Shown here: positions 54,238 to 64,000 of the stretch, piece by piece
Layout: every line of letters begins with the position of its first letter
Position numbering within the stretch: position 1 is the stretch's first letter
Origin: Haliotis rubra
Lineage: Eukaryota
Length of the DNA: 64,000 nucleotides
Assembly (NCBI RefSeq): GCF_003918875.1
Contig: NW_025767224.1
Coordinates: 868,001-932,000, forward strand
Direction: 5' to 3'
The notes under the pieces: model-generated
Seen by the model: only the letters and a program-made list of their open reading frames with translations
Databases searched by the model: none
What the model was told of the DNA's origin: nothing
Position numbers and translations under genes: made by a program

Positions 54238-55340
54238 CATTGTGTATTGATATAACATTACAAGCTCCGGCCCATTGCATGACACCTACGTTCACACCTC
54301 CATGGTTTTACACCTCCTCTTGATGCTCCTGATGTTGATCACTGGATAGTGTGGTCCTAATTGTATATTGATATAACATTACAAGCTCCGGCCCATTGCA
54401 TGACACCCTAATTGTATATTGATATAACATTACGCTCACACCTCCACACCTCCATGGTTTTACACCTCCTCTTGATGCTCCTGATGTTGATCACTAGATA
54501 GTGTGGTCCTAATTGTATATTGATATAACATTACAAGCTCCAGCCCATTGCATGACACCTATGTTCACACCTCCATGGTTTTACACCTCCTCTTGATGCT
54601 CCTGATGTTGATCACTAGATAGTGTGGTCCTAATTGTATATTGATATAACATTACAAGCTCCAGCCCATTGCGTGACACCTACGTTCACACCTCCATGGT
54701 TTTACACCTCCTCTTGATGCTCCTGATGTTGATCACTAGATAGTGTGGTCCTAATTGTATATTGATATAACATTACAAGCTCCAGCCCATTGCATGACAC
54801 CTACGTTCACACCTCCATGGTTTTACACCTCCTCTTGATGCTCCTGATGTTGATCACTAGATAGTGTGGTCCTAATTGTATATTGATATAACATTACAAG
54901 CTCCGGCCCATTGCATGACACCTACGTTCACACCTCCATGGTTTTACACCTCCTCTTGATGCTCCTGATGTTGATCACTAGATAGTGTGGTCCTAATTGT
55001 ATATTGATATAACATTACAAGCTCCAGCCCATTGCATGACACCTACGTTCACACCTCCATGGTTTTACACCTCCTCTTGATGCTCCTGATGTTGATCACT
55101 GGATAGTGTGGTCCTAATTGTATATTGATATAACATTACAAGCTCCGGCCCATTGCATGACACCTACGTTCACACCTCCTCTTGATGCTCCTGATGTTGA
55201 TCACTGGATAGTGTGGTCCTAATTGTATATTGATATAACATTACAAGCTCCGGCCCATTGCATGACACCTACGTTCACACCTCCATGGTTTTACACCTCC
55301 TCTTGATGCTCCTGATGTTGATCACTGGATAGTGTGGTCC
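54238..55340. repeat. 121-bp tandem repeat (about 9 copies) partly derived from repeat family C
   Basis: ggtcctaattg recurs every 121 nt (54505, 54626, 54747, 54868, 54989, 55110); the array runs into the family C 3' end at 55340-55410. Confidence 0.93.
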
Positions 55341-56427
55341 TGATTGTGTATTTACAGTCTGCCGTCATATAGCTGGAATATTGTAGAGTGGTGTTAAACA
55401 ACAAACAACTTCCTTTCTGTGGTGATCAAAGCCTGACCCAATGTGGCACCATAGCATTGTTCTGCAACTGTTGTCATCAGCCTGATCTCAAATCACTACC
55501 TTAGAAATTAGCACATATTTTCTCTCACTCATAAACATCAAGTCAGCAAACGAGCAGTTCCACCCAAAAATTGTCTTGTGTGCTGGTAGTATGGTTGCTT
55601 GTTTAAATCATTGAAGAATAGCGAATTTGATTATCCATCGATGTTGAAGGTCATATCATTCAGATATTTCTCTGTGGGAAACTTAGGTCACAAAAAGGTC
55701 CAGAAAGTGAGAGTGTTGAGCATGTCACGACACCTATTCATAAACTTATTCATTCCTCAAAACAGTTTATCTGAATGAATAGCATTGAGATGAACAAAAC
55801 CAATGTAAGCCAATGACTTGTTGCTAGGCACCGTTTGCCCAGCCCCCAGCTGCACTTCTTCCATCTGTGCAACTAGTGTGGGCACTCATCCACCCAGGTG
55901 CCATCTCACACACTGGTACATCTGCAGTGGCAGCCGCCATCATGTGACTTCAAGGATAACTGAAGCAAATATTGATGTATCAATATTTGAATCAATATCC
56001 TGTACAAATGACTATTGTACAGGAACAATGGCCAAACGAAGGCTAGTTGACATAATATGGCATTTGTGTCTCCAGTACTTCTATGGAAACCTATGGGCTG
56101 TTGAAGGTCTTTATCAGTCATGGCAGGGGTGTCATGCTAATGTCCTCAATTGGTGTCCAAATTTCTTTATTTGGAAGCCTTTTTTGAAAGCCAAATTTAT
56201 TGGCCATTTATGCACACTGATTTCTATGTGAAATTTGGTGTTTTTATACTTGTGGAACAAATATCATATATATAATATTCATTTTATACCAATATCTGCT
56301 GAAAGGGGATTCCTTGGACAAATAGATCTTCGACGTTTGCATTAACCATCTCGTGAAGATTGGAAGACCTGGCTGTATTTGCTGATTGCATATCCTCCGT
56401 TGTGGTGATTGTTCGTCCTGTCAGTAA

Positions 56428-56690
56428 CACATGAAGGTCCGCCTTAGAATATTGAAATATATAATATTCAGTAACCCATGCTTGTCGTACGAGGCGACTA
56501 ACGGTATCGGGGTGGTCAGGCTCACTGACTTGGTTGACACATGTCATAGGTTTCCAATTGCGCAGATCGATGCTCACGCTGTTGATCACTGGATTGTCTG
56601 ATCCAGACTTGACTATTTACAGACCTCCGCCATATAGTTGGAATATTGCTGAGAGCGGCGTAAAACTAAACTCACTCATTCACTCACTCA
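56428..56690 (+). mobile_element. Repeat family C
   Basis: catgaaggtccg...aacccatgcttgtcgtacgaggcgactaacgg...ggaatattgctgagagcggcgtaaaactaaactcactc. Confidence 0.85.
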
Positions 56691-57189
56691 CCATTCCTGT
56701 CAGTGTCTGGTTCAGACACAGGCTGATGACCTTAGGTGGGGGTTATACATCGCACTCAGCAATATAACTGGAGCCTGGACCAGACAAGCCAGTGATCGAT
56801 CCTCCCACCGTGGTACAGTAACATACTAAACCAAGTCACTATGCCAGCCCCATGGGTTTATTTTGGATCATTGACTGAATCTTCCTCACAGACAAGACTG
56901 GAAAAAGTGGAATACAGGTTACATGTGCAAAGCCAAAATCTTTATTTATTTCATGTTAAACATTAATTGGTAAAGTTTCAGTCGGAAATTCAGAATATGG
57001 AGACAAATCCCTGCTTAGAACTCACACATTAGGCTGCTATGGAAAATCTGTGCTACATTTGACATTTTACTGTCTTTCATTTAATCAAGTAATGACAGGC
57101 ATTGTATTTTGAAATCTGAAACCCACATGTGCACCAATAGAGTGGGGGTTAAGAGTCGTAAAGGATGTATTTTCAGTGAGAGATCAGAG

Positions 57190-57312
57190 GCTGTATCTTA
57201 GCCTAGTGGTTTAAGTGTTCTCTCGTCTTGACCCGGGTTCTATTCCCCACAATACAATGTGTGAAACCCATTTCTGGTGTCCCTTATATTGCTGAAAGTG
57301 GCATAAAAACTT
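57190..57312 (+). mobile_element. Degenerate SINE family A (second copy about 59380-59500)
   Basis: tagcctagtggtttaag...acccgggttctattcccc...gtgtgaaacccatttctggtgtccc. Confidence 0.75.
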
Positions 57313-57376
57313 AGTGAGAGATGTAGTGATACACATACAGTAGTTGTGCCACGTTCTACTTACCCTATAATACTTT

Positions 57377-57733
57377 AGACCGCCTCCGTGGTGTAGTGGT
57401 TAGAGCGTCCGCCCGGAGAGCGGAAAGGCGCGGTTTCGATCCCCAACCACGTCATACCAAAAGACGTTAAAATATGGTACTTGTTGGTCCCTGCCTGGTG
57501 CTTGGCATTAATGCGTACAACAAGGACTGGTCGGCTCGGAGTCAGTATAATGTGTCTGAGTGGGGTATTCATGCTTCACTGCAGCATTGTATCTCAGTGG
57601 GCTAGCACTATAAAACCAGCTTCCGTCTGGGATAGTACAAGCAGCCGCACATACACATACACACGCATGCACGTCGTCATATGAGCGAAATATTTTCAAG
57701 TACGACGTTAAACCCAATTTCACCTCACCTCAC
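57377..57733 (+). mobile_element. Full-length tRNA-derived SINE family B with 14-bp TSD (degraded duplicate about 59567-59904)
   Basis: A-box tggtgtagtggttagagcg, B-box ggtttcgatccc, (cacct)n tail, TSD ccctataatacttt at 57363-57376 and 57734-57747. The central part resembles the Meta/MESC-type domain of mollusc SINEs (from recall, unverified). Confidence 0.92.
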
Positions 57734-57899
57734 CCCTATAATACTTTGATCACATCACAATACATATAAGAAGCTGTCTTCTATGTTTTCTGCATACTAC
57801 CTTAGAGGCTTTTAAAAAAACTGACAGGGATTGCTCTAGACACGAAACTAGCATGGAAGTGTTGCTTCCTTTCCCATCATGTTTCCTCCACGTGTATCC

Positions 57900-58208
57900 T
57901 TCTTGGCAGGAGTTGCCTGCGTGGCAGGAGTTGCCTCTGTCTGCTTCAGGTGCTGGCATGGGCATCTTCTTCCACAACCTCTGTCTTTCCTCTGTCTGCT
58001 CCTCAGGAATCCTTCTGGCAGGAGTTGCCTGCGTCAGGTGCATGGGCATCTTCCACAACCTCTATCTTTCCTCTCTCTGCTCCTCAGGAATCCTTCTGGC
58101 AAGGAGTTGCCTGCGTCAGGTGCATGGGCATCTTCCACTACCTCTATCATTCCTCTGTCTGCTCCTCAGGAATCCTTCTGGCAGGAGTTGCCTGCGTCAG
58201 GTGCATGG
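57900..58208. repeat. 81-82-bp tandem repeat preceding the DIRS fragment (also 60070-60308)
   Basis: tggcaggagttgcctgcgtcaggtgcatgggcatcttccac...ctcctcaggaatccttc at 58016, 58097, 58179. Confidence 0.85.
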
Positions 58209-58741
58209 GCCTTACAACTATGGTCGAGCTCGCTGATCAACAGAATGCTGATGGTCCACACGGACAACTCTACAGTGGCATTCTCCATAAATCGGCAAGG
58301 ATCAACAAGATCACCAAGCCTACTACAGCTCACATTCCAGTTGTTTGATATCACGGAGGAGGCAAACATCTGGATAAAGGCGTGTCACATACCCGGAGCC
58401 AATAACGTGCTTGCAGACGCTCTCTCCCGACCACTGCACCCGTCACCTACGGAATGGATACTCCATCCAGAAGCATTTCGGATCATCATCAGGGAAATAG
58501 GATCCCCATGCATAGACCTGTTTGCCACGAGGTTCAGCAAACGACTACAGACGTTTGTCTCACCAGTTCCAGATCCTGAAGCCTGGGCAACGGATGCACT
58601 GAACATATCATGGGAAGGACTAAACGCTTATCGCGTTTCCACCACTGATATTACAACCCGAAAAGTACTGTTGAAGATCACACAAACACAGGCACTACAA
58701 CTGACCTTGGTCGCGCCATTCTGGCCAGCGAGTATGGTTCC
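58209..58741 (+). pseudogene. DIRS1-like RNase H / methyltransferase-like fragment (duplicated copy)
   Basis: VHTDNSTVAFSINRQGSTRS...HIPGANNVLADALSR...DLFATRFS...DALNISW; frameshifted before AFPP. Confidence 0.85.
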
Positions 58742-60939
58742 AATTGCACAGATCGATGCTCACGCTGTTGATCACTGGATTGTCTGATCCAGACTTGACT
58801 ATTTACAGACCTCCGCCATATAGTTGGAATATTGCTGAGGCGGTAAAACTAAACTCACTCACTCACTCATTCTCACTCACTCATTCCTGTCAGTGTCTGG
58901 TTCAGACACAGGCTGATGACCTTAGGTGGGGGTTATACATCGCACTCAGCAATATAACTGGAGCCTGGACCAGACAAGCCAGTGATCGATCCTCCCACCG
59001 TGGTACAGTAACATACTAAACCAAGTCACTATGCCAGCCCCATGGGTTTATTTTGGATCATTGACTGAATCTTCCTCACAGACAAGACTGGAAAAAGTGG
59101 AATACAGGTTACATGTGCAAAGCCAAAATCTTTATTTATTTCATGTTAAACATTAATTGGTAAAGTTTCAGTCGGAAATTCAGAATATGGAGACAAATCC
59201 CTGCTTAGAACTCACACATTAGGCTGCTATGGAAAATCTGTGCTACATTTGACATTTTACTGTCTTTCATTTAATCAAGTAATGACAGGCATTGTATTTT
59301 GAAATCTGAAACCCACATGTGCACCAATAGAGTGGGGGTTAAGAGTCGTAAAGGATGTATTTTCAGTGAGAGATCAGAGGCTGTATCTTAGCCTAGTGGT
59401 TTAAGTGTTCTCTCGTCTTGACCCGGGTTCTATTCCCCACAATACAATGTGTGAAACCCATTTCTGGTGTCCCTTATATTGCTGAAAGTGGCATAAAAAC
59501 TTAGTGAGAGATGTAGTGATACACATACAGTAGTTGTGCCACGTTCTACTTACCCTATAATACTTTAGACCGCCTCCGTGGTGTAGTGGTTAAGAGGCGC
59601 CGGGCCTCGAGAGAAAAGGCTTGCCTCGATCCCCAACCACGTCATACCAAAAGGCGTGTAGGTACTTGTTGGTCCCTGCCTGGTGCTTGGCATTAATGAG
59701 TACAACAAGGACTGGTCAGCTCGAGTCAGTTTTAATGTGTCTGAGTGGGGTATTCATGCTTCACTGCATTGTATCTCAGTGGGCTAGCACTATAAAACCA
59801 GCTTCCGTCTGGGATAGTACAAGCAGCCATACATATACACATACAGCATGCGTATAGGCGAAATATTTTCACTTGACGTTAAACCCAATTTCACCTCACC
59901 TCACCCCTATAATACTTTGATCACATCACAATACATATAAGAAGCTGTCTTCTATGTTTTCTGCATACTACCTTAGAGGCTTTTAAAAAAACTGACAGGG
60001 ATTGCTCTAGACACGAAACTAGCATGGAAGTGTTGCTTCCTTTCCCATCATGTTTCCTCCACGTGTATCCTTCTTGGCAGGAGTTGCCTGCGTCAGGTGC
60101 ATGGGCATCTTCCACAACCTCTGTCTTTCCTCTGTCTGCTCCTCAGGAATCCTTCTGGCAGGAGTTGCCTGCGTCAGGTGCATGGGCATCTTCCACAACC
60201 TCTATCTTTCCTCTCTCTGCTCCTCAGGAATCCTTCTGGCAAGGAGTTGCCTGCGTCAGGTGCATGGGCATCTTCCACTACCTCTATCATTCCTCTGTCT
60301 GCTCCTCAGCCTTACAACTATGGTCGAGCTTTCGCTGATCAACAGAATGCTGATGGTCCACATGGACAACTCTACAGTGGCATTCTCCATAAATCGGCAA
60401 GGATCAACAAGATCACCAAGCCTACTACAGCTCACATTCCAGTTGTTTGATATCACGGAGGAGGCAAACATCTGGATAAAGGCGTGTCACATACCCGGAG
60501 CCAATAACGTGCTTGCAGACGCTCTCTCCCGACCACTGCACCCGTCACCTACGGAATGGATACTCCATCCAGAAGCATTTCGGATCATCATCAGGGAAAT
60601 AGGATCCCCATGCATAGACCTGTTTGCCACGAGGTTCAGCAAACGACTACAGACGTTTGTCTCACCAGTTCCAGATCCTGAAGCCTGGGCAACGGATGCA
60701 CTGAACATATCATGGGAAGGACTAAACGCTTATGCGTTTCCACCACTGATATTACAACCGAAAGTACTGTTGAAGATCACACAAACACAGGCACTACAAC
60801 TGACCTTGGTCGCGCCATTCTGGCCAGCGAGAGTATGGTTCCTAGACCTAATAGAAGATCTCGGAAGTCCAACAATCAAGTCCGCACACCAAGCAAGTCC
60901 ACAGGAACCCAACACTGTTCCAGCTGCACGTGAGGACCG

Positions 60940-61962
60940 TATCAAAACATGTTTGAACAAAAGAGGATACTGTGCCAGGGCAGCCAGGCAGTAACGCTAA
61001 CGTTCGCAGATCTACTCGTAACATGTATGATGACAAGTGGCTGAAGTTTGAGACTTATGCAAGGCGGAAAGACTTCATTGCGATGAAAACTACTCATCCT
61101 CAAATGGCGAATACCTGTGTCATCTTAGACAGACCAGACATCTGAAAGGTTCGACATTATCTACATACCTCGCCGTCATCAGTACAGTGATTACCATGAA
61201 AACAGGCATCAAGTTGACGAAAGTACCAGAATTACTTGCTCTGCTGAGATCTTTTAAACTGGAGGACCAGCAAAAGAATGTCAGAGCTCCGGCCTGGGAT
61301 CTGAATGTAATTCTACGTCATCTTACCAATGATGCCTACGAACCTCTAGACCAGACTACACTCGAGCTGCTGACACAGAAGACTCTGTTCCTGCTTGCGC
61401 TAGCCGAGGCAGCTCGAATATTAGAGATACATGTGCTGGACTTTGGTCGAACCAGATTCGACACGGGGCAACATGCTGCAGTTCATCTAGGACTTAGATG
61501 GGACTTCATTGCCCAGAACCAACTACCTGGTCAGCCAGATAGACAGTTCCACGTACCAGCGCTATCTACAATCCTCGGACCAGAGGATATAGAGGACCTA
61601 TCCTTGTGTCCGGTCAGAGCCCTGAAGATATATCTTCAAAGACTAAGACCAGGAGACAAAAATTCAAGCGCCTGTTCATCCCATTATCCACAGAGACATC
61701 AGCAGAAGTCTCAAGAACGACGATATCGTTCTGGATGAGAGCCGTCATATTGAGAGCCTATAAAGCAGCAGGACTAGAACCTCCAAGAGCTTCCAACCCA
61801 CACGAAGTCAGAGCATTGCCGTCAACACTAGCTCTGCATGGAAATTGCTCTATATCAGCAATTATGGAGGGCTGCTTTTGGAAGTCGGACACGGTGTTTG
61901 CAAACCACTACCTATTTGGGCCTCTCGTAGCACAGCTACTAACGGCTCCACAAAGGCGCTGA
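60940..61962 (+). pseudogene. DIRS tyrosine recombinase, frameshifted
   Basis: RRSTRNMYDDKWLKF, APAWDLNVIL, KTLFLLALAEAAR, LCPVRAL, RLFI, PHEVR, CFWKSDTVFANHY spread over at least three frames; R-H-R-(W)-Y catalytic residues recognisable. Confidence 0.9.
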
Positions 61963-62331
61963 GTTGGGAAATCTCACCCTTTATCACGTTGACTTGTTGA
62001 TAACTTTTGCTAAGGAAAAGTATTAGTTTGAAAGTCCATGCGCACAGTATAGGACAGGCTAGCATGAGTGATTAAAGATCCTGTACGGGTAAAGATCTTA
62101 CCTGTGCGTGAAGGGGTCGCAACTCATTTATGATAAAGATCTTATCATAATCTATGGGTTGTTATAAGATATCTAGTAATAAGAAGATACTAGTTTATCT
62201 GAAGCCACATGAATCAAGATGATTCAACTTGTCTGAGATGGAAGTAAGACAAGATGTGTTCCTCCCGAGTTATAACGGAACTTGCAAGATTAGGATCTCA
62301 GAAATGCCACTACGCAGTTCCCTCTTTTGTT

Positions 62332-62332
<1 letters not shown>

Positions 62333-62364
<32 letters not shown>
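62333..62364. repeat. (GT)n microsatellite inside the DIRS 3' region
   Basis: About 16 GT units. Confidence 0.9.
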
Positions 62365-62366
<2 letters not shown>

Positions 62367-64000
62367 TACAGGACGTATCTTAGGACAGCTGATGAATCCA
62401 GGAAGTGGCCTAACCCACCACCAATCCGTCAGATTCTATAAGCAAAATATCATGGGTCAGGATACGAGAGAAAAATGTAATTTTTCAAGTAAAACTGATA
62501 TTTTTATACTTATCCTGACTCATGAGGTCAAGCCCTCCCAACCTCCCCGCTGGAAACACTTTGGATTGCACAGCAGATCCAAGTACTTGGGCAGAAAAAT
62601 CAGGAGAGAGTGGCAAGTAAGGCTGGTCACATGACTGTTTACGCAGGAAAAGGGAGGTAACTCGTGGGTGAGTGTATTTTTACGTCCGCTTCGGGAACTT
62701 AAAGGAATTCAAGTGTTCCACTACCATTCGCAATGAAAAGGGAGATAAGCAAAAGATCATGAGTCAGGATAAGTATAAAAATATCAATTTTACTTGAAAA
62801 ATTACATTGTTGTTGGGTATCACGTGTCAGATGGTTCTGTATGTTTCGCCTCAGTGAGTCAGGACATGCCAACAGATGGGCTGGCTTGAGGTGTGATGTG
62901 CAGTCAGACAATAGATCGTAATGTCACACATGGAACTAGGGGTAACCTGTCCGCTCACGATGACAAATTAGTTCAATTTTACAAGCTTCACGTTTATGTA
63001 CACCTGACCCATGTCTTGAGTACATGTGCATTCTGCTTGTAAAATGTCTTACACCTTATTACTTATACAAGGACCACAGTGTATTGTATCTGTATTCTAT
63101 CATCGAAGGAAATGACTAGAGACTCATTCAAAACATATTGTTTCAGAAGTCTTCCATGTACTACAGTATTTAATACTACAATTCATTCATAGAATGAGCT
63201 GCCACAGGATATATGCTCCTTTCATATATATTCATCATTGTTTTTTAAAGCTGGCTGAAATGATTGATAATCAGAAATGTCAGCGACTAGAAAAATCCTT
63301 TAAAGATTATTCATATGAAAATTGTGTCATTGATAATAGCATACATGAAGTTTTGTGATAGAATAAAGTTGAATTTACTGGCACTCAAACAATACTCAAA
63401 GTTGGGTTTTTATCATCGGCTGCATCTAAATTATGTTAGTAACCATGGTAACCCGTGCATTAACATGTCACCACTCACCAGTGGTGTCAAATATATTAAT
63501 TTCTTTGAGACATTTTTGGGCAGTTTTTCTCTAAGTTACTGCTTTGATATTTATCGATAAACGATTGATATTTAGTTATCAATCTCAATAATCTGTATCA
63601 ATAGCCAGCCTTGTTTTTACTACACATAATACAGTAGCATTACAGCATCTGTTCAGTGAACTGCCACCATCGTAAACAGGGGTAAATAATGGGGTTTTTT
63701 GTAAAGTATTTTTATTCACTTTACTTGGTTACGTTTGAACAAGATATGTGGGTAGAGTAGAATGGTACAGGTTGCATAATAAAAAGCAGACAGTTTATAA
63801 CATATGGTACTGGGAATATAGATTAACAATTGAGATGCTAGCTAATATTACAGAGAATTAAAAGACTAAAAAATAAATTACAGGACTGCATCTAGGACAT
63901 TCCATTTTCTGTAAAAATGTTTCATATTATCGTTTTTCTTCTCGATAAATTTCTCTATCTCGTAGATATCTTTTAATAATGTTCTGTAGATGGTGAAGCT

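Larger units (their letters stand above)
56551..60841. repeat. Tandem duplication of about 2.2 kb (copy 1 about 56551-58741, copy 2 about 58738-60841)
   Basis: Near-identical sequence at offsets of about 2,100-2,190 including unique spacer DNA, SINEs and the DIRS RNase H segment. Confidence 0.92.
60309..62808 (+). mobile_element. 5'-truncated DIRS1-like tyrosine-recombinase retrotransposon
   Basis: RNase H C-half (DN...LADALSR), MT-like DLFA...YAFPP segment, YR relic, ICR 62449-62525 and right terminus 62757-62808; gag and RT absent. Confidence 0.93.

Noticed and set aside
57879-58208. N-terminal parts of ORFs 57879-58787 and 60050-60994 as DIRS RT or gag
   Set aside because: They translate an 81-bp tandem repeat and lack RT motifs (no YxDD).

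Overview
Eukaryotic (animal) genomic DNA with introns; the SINE and tandem-repeat content suggests a mollusc, possibly a gastropod such as abalone (inference). There are three protein-coding genes. (1) A 3-exon alpha-tubulin on the minus strand (451 aa) carries an odd G106D change. (2) A 5-exon NDUFAF3 complex I assembly factor on the plus strand (225 aa) lies head-to-head with it. (3) A large minus-strand C2H2 zinc-finger gene (about 2,100 aa, about 12 fingers) has last four fingers resembling the ZFP91/ZNF653/ZNF692/ZNF276 family, plus a CTCF-like YDF motif and an H1-like SPK-rich region. Its big exon has three homopolymer frameshifts that look like assembly errors. The rest is repeat-rich: four SINE-like families (several with clean TSDs), CAG-ended DNA transposon derivatives with 6-bp TSDs (one keeps a hAT zinc-finger relic), TA-TSD Tc1/mariner-pogo-type MITEs, nested insertions, many minisatellites and a 158-N gap. 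A 5'-truncated DIRS1-like tyrosine-recombinase retrotransposon with an intact ICR and right end overlaps a roughly 2.2-kb tandem duplication. No prokaryotic-type system (CRISPR etc.) is present.
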